A DNA stretch of 54,582 bases, filler included, from Sphacelaria rigidula (lineage: Eukaryota), in the NCBI GenBank assembly GCA_964200075.2. It is 3 parts of 3 records of this genome, joined end to end, with 100 filler letters (N's around TTAATTAATTAA, not from the genome) between each part and the next. Parts side by side here need not be neighbours in the genome. Positions count along the whole stretch, not along the records: positions 1 to 18,131 come from CAXNAA020000907.1; positions 18,232 to 36,359 come from CAXNAA020000908.1; 1 more part is not named here. One strand, given 5' to 3'. The notes beneath the pieces are model-generated. The model did no database searches. It was given only the letters and a program-made list of their open reading frames with translations, and was not told where the DNA came from. A program made the translations under genes and the position numbers. This document shows positions 12,100 to 27,735 of this stretch, one piece after another; within the stretch, counting starts at the first letter, position 1, and each line of letters starts with the position of its first letter.

Positions 12100-13954
12100 T
12101 ACGATTCTAGGCTATATCACCCCAATAAAAGAGACGAAAACCGGGAAAACTTCATGATGATAATAAGAGAAAAAACCCGGAGAAAATTCACGTTATTCCG
12201 GACACCCTCTCACGACTGTTTGGGCTACTCCAGAGCGACAAGAAGCGGAAATCAAGCCGTTGCTTACACGAAAATGTTGTAGCGTGCCAGAAGATCCTAC
12301 GCTGCAATTAGCTGAACCACAGCATCAATGTCAAATACCAGCTGAGAAGCTCGACCGTTTGAAGCCGGTGCAAAGTAAACGAGAGCTGTCAATCAGCCGC
12401 GGGAAAAATGCAAAAAAAGCAAACACGGGAGTACGCACACTATGTCAAGGTTGCCAATGCCGAAAGAACGGCCTACAACCGGCCAAAAATTGCCGATGGG
12501 ACACTCTCCGGTATAACGACAATACCAAAGAGTGTTGGCAGACCTAGTCGGATAGAAAACAGCTTCGATGTCAAACGCTGGGGTACTATGTAAATATATA
12601 CTGTCCGTAATGGACCACCTCACAAGGCATACTTTACTCATTCCGGTGCCGATAAAACAGGCCACATCAATAGCCAAAACTCTTATTGGCAGAGGTTTTA
12701 CTTCATTTTCATCCCAGGAAAGCTGCATTCGAATCAAAGAGCCGAATTTGAGAACAAGCTAATATACGCGACAGAAGCTGGGTTCCAATAAAGCTCGCAC
12801 GACATCTTCACGCCTGCAAGGTAATTCAGGGTCGGAACGAATCAACTCCACTATTCACGCGATATTAGCTATGCATATGTCAATTGGAAACAAAAAATTG
12901 GCAATCCATGCTTCCGTTCGTTCAAATGATGTACAACACATCCTATCACAATACGGTATAGGAGATACCTTACTTTTTATTGTTAGGAAGACAGCCCAGA
13001 TTATCAATCGACATCACCCTAGGCATACCTGAGAGAAGCCAAGCTGCAACAACTGGAGAATTTTCCAGAACAACACGGGAAAACCTACGGTTCGGATTTG
13101 AAATCGAGAGACAAGCTCTACGAGGAACAGCGAACGAGCAAGAAAAGCAAGAAAAAGATAAAACCGTTCCCAGTGTTCAAACCCGGTCAAAAGGTTCTCC
13201 TGTACCGGCCATACCAGGATTGAGGAGGGCCAAACCCGAAACTCCAATAATTACCATGGAGATAACCTTTCATGATAACCGAGAGACGATCGCCGGTTAT
13301 GTACTGAATCAAAATAGGCGACGACTCTCACGAAATGTCAGTAGTACATCTCGCTTACTTGAAGGAATATCGTCCGCGAGAAACACCACCCGCATCAGAT
13401 TTCGATAAGTCGAGCGAGTTGTTCCTAGGCAAACGGATACCTCTACCGGAGAGAGACCATCCAGACGAAACATTGCCTACACTAGAACGTCACGCTGTCA
13501 TTAAAGTGGTGGCCCACGCTCCATGACCGGGTCGGAGAAGTCTTCATAAATACAAATATCGGTTGAGACTCAAAAGCTACGGTCCAGCAGATGACCTAAC
13601 CTGTCTAGCTGACGAAATTCATAAGGTAGAGATCTCATCGATATATACCGTCCTGACAATGAGTTAGCAGAGCGCTCACACCTGGAGTCGAAATCCAAAA
13701 ATACCAAGAAACGAAAACGGATGTGACTGTTCAACAGACTGTTCGAGCGTCCTAGCAAAACGCTCAAGGGTTGAGCAGTAGCCTGAGGTCACAATTCGGA
13801 GATCAATACGAGTGAAACAAAAAGACATTTGAACAACGCAGACGTGAACGGAAGAATATCTGACATGTCAGTGGTGACGGGGGTGCAACGTCCCAAGGAA
13901 GATAGCCTCTCAGCAATGGGGGGAGTTGCTGACAAGTAGCAATGATCATTTCGA

Positions 13955-14482
13955 TGATGTTTCACCAAAGAGCACAATGCTCGTAAGAAAACATCACACC
14001 CACCGCTTTGTTACCAACGCGAGGACTTTGTCCTACTCCGGTGTCAGTGGAACCGAAGGCATCCCAGAACCCGGGCATGCATACCTCAAGCGCCTGTGGA
14101 CCAGCCAGTGTCCCAGTGCCCAGTCATGTATACTTGAGTGATGCAGCAAGCACCAAAGCATCCCATACACATATGTCACACATGACACAGTTACATGACA
14201 CACAAGAAGTAAGAGTCACTTTAACGATGTTTGGCCGAATGAGCACAATGCTCACAGGCCGAAAACATCATGCACACCGCTTTGTTACTAACAGGAGGAC
14301 TTAGTCCTACCCCGGTGTTAGCGGAACCAAAGGCATCCCAGAACCTGGGCAGCAATAACCCGGGCGCCCGTGAACCTTTCAGCGTCCCAGTACCCAGTCA
14401 TGCATGGCCGACAGACACAAACAGCACTGAAGTGCAAAAAGGCATTTGAGGGAAGCATGTCTCACATGACACACTTACGTGA
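13955..14482 (+). repeat. Diverged tandem duplication of about 270 bp in the 3' part of gypsy A
   Basis: GAGCACAATGCTC...CACCGCTTTGTTAC...GGCATCCCAGAACC...CACATGACACA occurs twice. Confidence 0.85.
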
Positions 14483-14639
14483 CCGAGGAAAACCAAAATT
14501 TTAGGGTTTGCAATACATGCACTGTTGCTGACCATAGGTAGCAAAGATATACTGGGGGTTGAGCTCTCATGAAACAATTTTAACCTCGATCGAGACGTAC
14601 GTACTGTTGAGGGTTGAAGATGTCTGCTCAATAGATATT

Positions 14640-18131
<3,492 letters not shown>

Positions 18132-18231
18132 NNNNNNNNNNNNNNNNNNNNNNNNNNNNNNNNNNNNNNNNNNNNTTAATTAATTAANNNNNNNNNNNNN
18201 NNNNNNNNNNNNNNNNNNNNNNNNNNNNNNN
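18132..18231. other. Artificial assembly spacer (44N-TTAATTAATTAA-44N)
   Basis: Six-frame stop linker embedded in Ns, exactly 100 bp. Confidence 0.97.
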
Positions 18232-18289
18232 GCTTTGGGCTTGAGTCTCATCTCGAAGTTAAACCTCAATTCGCACAATTTGTTGTTCT

Positions 18290-20480
18290 TTGTCGTCTGC
18301 TGTCTGCTACATAATCATGCAACATAATACTTCACAAGTAATTTTCGTCGCTGGTGCTCAACTCGTAGAATTATGCCACTCAACGCCATTTATCGCCAGT
18401 TTGCTACGAGGAATTGCCCTCGGAGGGCCCATAGATTTTCGCAGCTGTCCTTATACATGTGTTCAACTTGGTTGTTCCCTATACCGTAGAATAGCATCTC
18501 AGCTCTTCCATCCACAGGGTGAAAAACAACTCCAGATCAATCGAGATATAGCTCTCATGGAGTCCATCAAGTAGACCCCCAGACCCACGATGCATCAACC
18601 AGCCGCGCACGTGCATTACTACACATTGTGCCGATTGCATTCGTGTACGAGCTGGGTCAGCTTTAAAGCTCACATTCATCTCCAGTTGATAATAACTTTT
18701 CACGTTCAACGAATAAGCCGGATGCAACAGATCACTGTGAAATGCAGTCCAGCTTGCTGCTGAAATTGTCGTCATTCGATTAGCCACGTCTTGATGATGA
18801 ATGTGCATCGAATACAAAATGCATTCCAAATCGTCTTGTCTTGACACTCTAAAATAACTATTTCCCACTTTGGCACCCTGTCGTCGTATATAACCCATTC
18901 TTTCTGCACCCGCGATCGCATATCCACTATTACACAAAACATGAAATACGTTGTCCAACTTGAAGAATTTCGAGTCAATGTTTTACATGGATATTCATTC
19001 TAGACATCAATTTCTAGCCCTTGAATGGACGATAGACTTGTGTCACTCAGAGATCAGACAGCCATGTGAACCCCTCCCAACATGGGCACATAGACTTTAG
19101 TACGTCTAGCACATGTAGTATATTATTAACCGTTAGCTATTCATTATAACGGAGAGTAGTATCCCAGCATCTTCACCATGGAGTGAAAACCAAATTCAAA
19201 TGCGATGAAGATCACAAACACTTACGGAGTCCATTGATCAAACCTACAGACCCACGATTCATCAACCAGCTGGAAACACCTACAGCGCATTTTTCGGACT
19301 TTATTTTCTTGTCCCTAACCTAGGTAACAATGGTGGCTAGAATCTACAACACCCCAAAAGCTCTTTTACCGTCGACAAGTAGTCAAAATAGAGCTCGACA
19401 TACTCAGATGATATTGTTGCCGAGTAATATCGTCGTTTTCCACATATGATAGCAATCCCTGCCGCTGTTTTTGATAACAGCTCCATCCAAGCTTTTCCAA
19501 CTGGATCCCGAACAACTCGCAAGAGATCCCAAAACAACCGTCCATCATGAACACGTGATCGCGCTACTTGCACAACTCCGTATGACGGAGCGATGGCTAG
19601 CGTCAAATTCCCAAATCGTTGCCCATAAGAGGGCTCCTGACTCCATATATCAACAAAGAAAATCTCAAAGTCAGGGAGCGTCGAGTTCCAAACCGTTCGT
19701 AACTAATCGTCTCTCTCATCCGAGACAAGGTACTACTTTCCAACGTACAAAACGCACTTTTCGTATGTTGAACATCTGCGCAATAGAGTGCAACTGTCGC
19801 GAATCGGTGGTATACGTCTAGAGGTGAAGGGTGCCAGTCCGTGGGCACCCGAGCATTACTGTGCTCAAACACATGCAAGTTGTAGACTTGTCTGAAATCA
19901 GACCAAGGTTACAGTGCTGCTCCAGAGGCTTCCTCCCTGTCAAGGGCTCCAGAGAATTCAAGACTCGAGCAATTACACAAACAGCTGTTTTCGTTAAACC
20001 AGAAGTGACCCCCTGTTTTGCTCAAAACAATATGATATTCACTTGCTACTGTACTCCTCATGCAAGAGGTGCTCCTGTACTTTCTCTACAAAGTACGAGC
20101 GGGGCCAGTCTAGACACGGATTAAAGCTCTCACAGCAATATCTTGTCGACAAGGACGAGTTGGGCCATGATCCGCATATTGTATTAATGGTCTAACCAAG
20201 GGGAAGTTGCCCATCTGCTCAATAGTTTGGGCCCATATTTTCTCGTTGATTACAAACCATGTCTAGTGATTCCAATACCCAACAGAGGTGGCGTCCACAG
20301 TAAAATCTCTATGAAAACCCGGATCAATGCATTCAGCGAATGACAACGAATTTCGGTGTAGACATTCCCTGGAGCACGGGGAGACGATAGATACTCTCAC
20401 CTTCGCCTTTTTCGCAATCTATCTCGAGATATGGCGCACATAAGTTTTCGTACTAAAACCAGTATATGACGGGCAGAGGC
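18290..20480 (-). pseudogene. Degenerate intronless coding-like region of unknown family
   Basis: Chain of minus-strand ORF pieces (18479-18958, 19337-19606, 19603-19878, ~20110-20465) with globular-looking composition and sparse stops. No motif recognised. Confidence 0.35.
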
Positions 20481-21084
20481 ACTAGATGAACTCAACACTA
20501 AAAGTCGCGTCCCAGTTTTTGAGAGCTTTTGTGGAGGCCACGTATGTATGAGCGTAATGACATCCATATACACATGTAAGCTGGAGAAACAGTCTCAGGA
20601 ACGGAGCCCGCCAGTGACACACATGAGCGGACTCGAAACGTTCAAACCTGTGAAACTGGATCTTTAGCAAACCTAGGCAAACCGGGTCTACGGTACAGGA
20701 GCCCAAAAACAATGGGGTCACCGCATGAATCCTGGTGGAACGTAGCTGGTACTCCCGTACCACCTCGTTCACTCGTTCTTCTAGCCTACCCTTGACCACG
20801 GTCGCATCCTTGCCCAAATGACAAGAAGGAGAATTACGCCTCGCTCTGGAGATCCTTCGGCAGCAGGGTACGACAACGTTCCTCTTCGGGACCCGTAAGT
20901 CGACTGCCTCACCCCTAGCGAGGCTTAGTTCACAATGGCGTCAACGAAGTGATTTGAATCTACTCGTGCAGAGCAGAGCACTTTTACGTGCGGAGCACAC
21001 TGCCTTAGCACTTGCGACACCATCCGATACAAAAGGAACCGAGGAACGCTTCAGCAGGTGAAACGTATGGGTCATTTGTGCACA

Positions 21085-24000
21085 GTTATTCGAGTTGAGA
21101 GGGTTGTAGGAGCCAGCGAAACGCAAAATTAGCCTGTAGTGTGCATGATATGTCATCAGCAAGGCTAGTCAAAGAGCGAAACCGCACTCATTAACCCACC
21201 TCCCACCACCATAGTGCAGGAGGCACGGCTGTCAATCAAGCAGACCGACCCCTGGAAACACGGTAACTCGAAATCGCACTGACAAAATTCTACCCAACCT
21301 GCGAATGCACCACCTTGCCATAGCTGACATGTAGCAAGCGAAAGAAGGGTGTATTGGACGGTCGTGCCGACTCTCAGCTCGCAAGTTGAGAGGAATTGCA
21401 AACGGCAGATGGTTCATTTTTTCACGTCTCAGGGCGCATGCAATGGAAGATAAGTACCAACCTTCTGGTCCAATATGCATAAGAGAAGCGAGGTTTCTAG
21501 TCAGTACAGTAACTGCTCTGGTGAGACATCAAAACAACCCCAGTTGTGTGTGGAAGTATAGACTAGGATAAAGCATATGCTGAACAAGAGCAACAGGTCT
21601 GAAAAAAGGAGTGCGGTTGTAATATCACCAGCCTCCGTACTTGGAGTTAATTTCTGAGCAGCCTTTGTTACAGCCGTCGGAAAGCGTTACACCGGACACG
21701 GGTCCAAAACTGGGGAGACTCATCAAGGGCATACCGTGCGGCATTTTGTGCAGTACCCCAAGGGATCGGTAACGTTTCATTCCATGTCACACATGTGCAA
21801 CCTGCCACACAATTGTTTGTAAGCAGGGGCTGTTGATTGCTAATCGGAACTGCTCATACTCCCTCGAAAGATCATTCAGTCACATTCTAGTTAGATATAG
21901 CACCTGGATAAGTCTGCATCTTAAACTGGAACAATTACTGTCCAACACGGAGAAAGTGAGTTGTTTGTCATACAATAGCCTCTTCAGTGGGATCGTGTGC
22001 GAAGTCCCACAAAGAGATTGAGAAAGTACATGACACAATCAAGCAGAAGCTCAGAGTGAGAAACACAAGTCGAAAAATGGTGCAGAGTAACCAGCCTTCG
22101 TACTTGGAGAGTGTTCCACAAGCAGCTTTCATAGCTCAACCGTCATGTAGTTACAATGCAAAACACCGATCGAAATTTCTGACTCCCGACGCTCAGGCGT
22201 TCATGGCTTTTCACATGTCTTCGTTGGCACGGTACCCGAAAGGACCCGTCACGATGCATCCAGCCTAGGCTTCTACTTATTATGCTAGCACGGTTTTACT
22301 TAATAACGACCCCACATTATTTTGAAGATAAACGACTTCTTCAGAAACCGTGCTAGCATAATACGTAAAAGCCTAATCCAGCCTCAGAAAGAGTCCAAGT
22401 ACCAGCTAGAATAAATGATAGGGCGGTGGAAGCTCTGACCATAGTTTCAGCATCCGACTTACCTATCATTAGCTTGAAGTTTATCCGTTCGGCATCCTAC
22501 TTTGAATACGGCGGACATCAAACCTGTCCCAAGCGGATCTTTGGATCTAGAAGCGCGGACAACTCACCTATCTAAGTAGTGGGTTCCACTCGTTTCGACC
22601 TCACGTTAGGTAGAAAACCCTACCCGTCGAAGCATCGGTTTTACGAGATCTAGGCCCCGATCACATGCGGATTAATTATTCACTGATCAGAGCGTTTGGA
22701 GGCATTTCGGACTTGGAAGCTGAGACATAATCGCTCCGAAATTTTATGTTAGTATCAAAGCTACACACAAGAAACGGAACGAGCACAGCAAATCTGCACG
22801 CAAAGAGAAAGAACTGCGGCGCAATTTGTCCCAGTATATATCAGAAGAAATGTGTTGTTCCTCCGCAAACTGAGATGGCTCTTCATGTCGACTCGGATGA
22901 GCCTCCTGAAGTGACATTCACTGCGTTAATTTAACCGCGCGTAGTCACAGAACAGGGCGTTCAATCGTTAGAAATACCATCAGTTTCAAACGTCTGATCG
23001 TGGCACGCAATTTGTACATGGTCAACGGTGAATAAGACGGCTATGGTTCAGGTCGCCAATCCATCCAGCAGGCACGTTCGTATTGAGCGAAAACACTCTG
23101 TCAGGCAGGACACATCACTCTTGCATCAGACAGAGGTCTGAACAGTGAAAAGACAAACATAGGCAGTGCAGTCGCTGAAATCAAGTCGAAGGAACAGAGG
23201 GACCGAAGTCCTCAATCTGTGTACTTGATACCGGACAATCTTTTCGTGTTCACCGCAGGGGTCAGGATGCTGAGCAAGAAGTGAAGTCAAATGTCCACTC
23301 CAACCGGTTTTACAGCGAGTCGACAGACTACCCCACAGGGCCAACCCAAGGGTACAACAAGTCATCGACAAGCGTGTATGCGAAACGAAATCCTCAGCCG
23401 ATTGCTTGTAAATACGTCATCGCTGTGGTAGATAATGAGAAGCGCAATGGACTCTTTATCCCAAGTCTTGACAAAGCCGCACATTTTCCGCAGGAACAGA
23501 GGCCCAAGTCCTTGACCTGTATACGAAGTACCGGACAGTCTTTTCGCTCACAGCGCACGAGTTAGGGTGCTCCACGATAGGTGAAGCTGAGTTCCTACTC
23601 CAGCAAGGTACACAGCCGGTCGAAAGACAGCCTTACCGGGCCAACCCGCGAGTACAGGAAGTCATCGACAAGTGTGTACACGAAATGGAAAGATACGGTA
23701 TCATCGAGCAAAGGGCTAGCCGTTGGGGCGCGGCGGTAACAATAGTCGCTAAAAGCGATGGAACAGCTCGATTTTGCGTTGACTATCGATCTACACTCAA
23801 AAGTCTAGTGCGTAAGTCATGGCCAATGCCTCAAATGGAATTTCATATCGATACGGTAGCAGGGGCAAAATATATCTGTCTTCGATGTGCAGAAAAATCC
23901 ACCAAATCCCAATAGCGGAGAAAGAAAAGGAGAAGACAGCCTTCGTGACGAGCAAGGGCAAATGGGTTTTTAATCGTCTCCCATCCGAAGTAGCGTCGTC

Positions 24001-26640
24001 CCTATTTATTTTTTCACGAATAATGACTCTCACTTTCTCACACTTTGGACCGAAAAGCGGCCTCCTAGAATACATGGACGATTTAATCGCATGTTCTCCT
24101 TCATGGGAGAGCCACCTAACCCTACTTGAGGACATGTTCAAAGCACTGCAAGCAGCGGGCCTCACCCTAAAGCCATCAAAAGCACAGTTTGGACCAAAGG
24201 AAGTTAAAGACCTAGGGCACACTCTGTCAGCGGACGGTATCAGATTGAGTGACGGCCGTATTAAGGCCAACGCTTTAACTCTGCCCAAAAACATTATTCT
24301 GCAACCCTAAAACAATGTTACGCTGTTATTTTAGCGATCTAACACTGGAAGCATTTTTTGAGGGGCAAGCATTTCACTTGTGTAACAGATCATGCAGCGC
24401 TGCGGTACCTATATACAATGCAAGACACAAGCAACGTGCTGACCAGATGGGCTATTGCTTTGCAATCATATGACTTTACAGTGTAGCACAAACCGGGGAA
24501 ACTAAATATCGTACCCGACACTCTATCGCGACTATTTAAATTCGAGCGACAACAGGAAAACGAAGTCGAACCCCTACTCGCTCCGATATGTCGTAACGTG
24601 CCAGAAGATCTCGCATCACACACGGGAAAACAGCACCAGCCATTTCAATTCTCTGCCGATGATTTGGATAATCTGAAACCGGTACAAAGCGACAGAGAGC
24701 TGTTCACAGTAAAGGCAGTTTACAGCAGCGCAACGAATGTCTTCATGTCTGTGAACAAGCAAAAATTGCGAGCAGAACAGGCGAAAGCATATGGCCCCTA
24801 CATTCAATATTTGAATGACGACACCGCACCAATCCCGGAAAAGAGAAACGTTGGCAACCATGTCTTACTACTCAATCCAAGACGATATTTTGTACAGGTC
24901 TTATCAGCTAGGGCGTCTTCGGAAAAGAGGCACCTTTCGTGATCAACTAGTGGTACCCAAAGCCCTAATAAGGTGAACCTAAGGTTCGTACTACACTCGT
25001 ATCACGATTATGCATTATCCGGAGGCCACCTCAGTTTCAAACCGACTTACGAAAAGGTCAGAGCGAAGTATTGGTGGCCGTCAATAAGCAGAGACGTATG
25101 GCATTGGTGTAAAGAATGCCAGGCATGCCAACCTCGGAAAACAAGCCCGCAATCGTCCAAAACTCCCGACAGGCCATATACCTGTGGAAAGACCGTTTCA
25201 ATGTGTATCCATAGACTTGGTCGAGTATAAGACGATTTCCAGCTCTTCAGCTGGAGTGCCATGCAGGTATGTCATGTCGGTAATGGATCATTTGACACGC
25301 TACGCACTTTTTATCCCGATCCCAAACAAATCTGCCGTTACCGTAGCACGAATGCTCGTCGACAGAGTTTTATCAACATTCGGCATCCCGGAAAAGTTAC
25401 ACCCTGATGGAGGCAGGGAGTTTGATAACCAAGTGATCCACCAGCTACAGACTCTGTTGCAATTCGAGAAAACCCGCACGATTCCGTTCAGACCTCAAGG
25501 CAACTCGGTTTCAAAGCGGGTACACTCAACCCTACACGCGATGCTGGCAATGCACAGTTCAGTCAAGCAAGACCACTGGGCAACAATGTTGCCGTATGTT
25601 CAAATGGCATACAACACCTCATTCAACACAATGGTGCAAGAAACCCTATACCTCTTGTTGTTCGGACGGCAGCCAAGGTTGCCAGTTGATATAGTTCTAG
25701 GCATTCAACATGTAGGACACGCAGCAGATGTCGAAGAGTACACGAAACAACAGAGAGACAATTTACAGCTGGCCTTCGAACTCGCAAGACGCAATCTGCA
25801 AGAACGCGCAGACAAGCAGAAAGCAAGCAATCACAAACTCACGTCTTTTCCCACGTTCGAACCGGGACAAAAAGTATTACTATACAGACCGTACCAGGAT
25901 ACCGACTGCCCAAATCCAAAACTGCTGTCACCTTGGCGAGGTACGTACACTGTTTGATCCAAAGTTTCGCCACTAGTATACAAAGGAAGGTTGGGTTACG
26001 ACGCAATAGAAACGTCCGAACACTTGGCTCACTTGAAAGTATACTACGCACAGGAGAAAGCATCGGCCCCCGATTTTGATCGCCTTGCCGACTTTTTCCC
26101 GGGGAAAAAACGGCCTCTTCCAGAGGTAGACCGCCCAGATGTAGCACATCCAAAAATTGAATGCTAAACCGTTGACAGAATAGTGGGTCATAAACGAGAC
26201 CCAGGGCGATAAAAGCGACCTAAACTATGAATACCGCCTCAGACTCAAGGGTTACGGCCCATCAGCTGACCTAGAGTATCGAGCAGACGAGGTACCCCAA
26301 TGTCAACACCTCACAAACTGAATAGCGCGCATTCACCAGACCCGCCGTCTCGTAACACGAGAAAGCGAAAACGGGTTAGTGAAACGGTTCGAGCGGAAAC
26401 CAAATTTCCCATAAAGAACAATGGCCGGAAACGTGTACTTGCAGGGAAATTTCCCACCACATGCAGACGCGTTCGGTATAAAAACAAGAGGAAGGAGGAT
26501 TGATGCTATGGTCAGCGCGACCACAAGGACATCAGCGGTGAAGAGACTCGACCATAAGGTCTGAGCTCTTACCGGCAAAATAGGGGTATTGCTGGCGAGG
26601 ATGACCGTGGAAATTTTGCAATGTTGGAAGTACACCACTC
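21085..26640 (+). mobile_element. Degenerate Ty3/gypsy element B (RT-RH-INT-chromodomain)
   Basis: RT RFCVDYR, KTAFVT, YMDDLI (23685-24310), RNase H remnants, HHCC GGHL...YWWPS...CKECQAC (24973-25140), integrase core (25184-25957), chromodomain-like YEYRLRLKGYGPSADL (~26226-26275). Confidence 0.92.
22266..22375. mobile_element. hAT-type MITE (8-bp TSD ATCCAGCC)
   Basis: About 30-bp TIR TAGGCTT(C/T)TAC(T/G)TATTATGCTAGCACGGTTT. TSD at 22258-22265 and 22376-22383. Confidence 0.9.
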
Positions 26641-26690
26641 CAGACATTAACAGCCGATTTTATATTTTGGGGTTCATACAAAATACATGG

Positions 26691-26943
26691 CATGATATAT
26701 AAATAAATTTAATTAATTAATTAATTAATTGGATGGATGGATGGATGGATGGTTGGTCATCTGGGGATGGTTGGTCATTTGATTTATTTTTTTGAGCAAG
26801 GGAAAGACAATAAAGTACCATGATATATAAATAAATTTAATTAATTAATTAATTAATTAATTGGATGGATGGATGGATGGATGGTTGGTCATTTGGGGAT
26901 GGTTGGTCATTTGATTTATTTTTTTGAGCAAGGGAAAGACAAT
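26691..26943 (+). repeat. Tandem duplication of about 128 bp with (TAAT)n and (GGAT)n
   Basis: Copies start at 26691 and 26819. Confidence 0.9.
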
Positions 26944-26971
26944 ATGGATCAGGAATTTTTAAAACGTCTAA

Positions 26972-27374
26972 CCCTTAGACCTGGAGTTACTATTTCTGGA
27001 TCATCCACACTTTTTTTTACTCGAAATTGATGCCGATTCAACAGAAGACTAACCTCGCGGTCTTCTAAGGTATAACCCGTGGAATGCGAAGTTTTTCATC
27101 TGTTGAATCGTCATCAATATGATGACGTGAAAAAAAGTATTGATGATCCAGAAAGAGTAATATCGCGGTACTATTGGATGAAAGATTGTAACCCCAGTGC
27201 TGCATTTTGAGTAAGAGATTCGGCATTAGTTCGATATATCACTGAAAGTGAAGCCGTTTTACAAACACATAAATCAGTAGTGACGCCGATTATTGTACCT
27301 GTGAATCGACATAACTTTGACATGATAAAAAACATAAATTATGCCGATTCACAATAACAAAAATCAGCACAGGG
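26972..27374. repeat. Cluster of imperfect palindromes built on the ATGCCGATTCA motif, related to the piggyBac-like MITE at 50122
   Basis: Inverted arms 26987-27050/27090-27160. The 27341-27370 segment is the near-exact reverse complement of 50148-50177. Confidence 0.65.
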
Positions 27375-27498
27375 CACCGAAATACTCGTCAGATAGCGCG
27401 GACAGGATAGCGGCCTGCGCAAGTGTTCCGACAGAAAGAATATGAAAATATCAGCGATCGTACAGAACAGGAGCAGACATATATATATATATATATAG

Positions 27499-27735
27499 TC
27501 CACCCCAGTGATATTCGTTAACGCCCACGATGGAGTGGCCTGTGTACTTGACGGAGGGGTTTCCCAGGGTTTTCCCATCGAGGAGGAAGTGAAGGCACGA
27601 CGTCATAGGCACATCCCACAAGGAGTGGACGTGGTCGCATACGTCTGAAATCTGGTTGCTGCCAGGGAGCAACGCAGAGGACGCGAAGGGGATCGCATCC
27701 GAACACAAGCTATCAACATGAACCGTCCGCGTAAA
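27499..27735 (-). pseudogene. Ubiquitin-like domain fragment ending in Gly-Gly
   Basis: TVHVDSL...SNQISDVCDHVHSLWDVP..CLHFLLDGKTL...SIVGVNEYHWGG follows the ubiquitin pattern (IFVKTL..DTIENVKAKIQDKEGIP..RLIFAGKQL...STLHLVLRLRGG). Aligned by eye. In-frame TGA upstream and no stop immediately after GG. Confidence 0.35.

Larger units (their letters stand above)
9420..14480 (+). mobile_element. Degenerate Ty3/gypsy element A with chromodomain; RT deleted
   Basis: Protease-like ITIDSEADVPCID (~10455-10495), integrase YILSVMDHLTRHTLLIP and GRQPRLSIDI (12590-13250), chromodomain-like YKYRLRLKSYGPADDL (~13550-13600). Homologous to the element at 21085-26640. Confidence 0.85.

Noticed and set aside
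26709-26730. TTAATTAATTAA run as another assembly linker
   Set aside because: Not flanked by Ns and part of a duplicated unit, so a natural (TAAT)n microsatellite.
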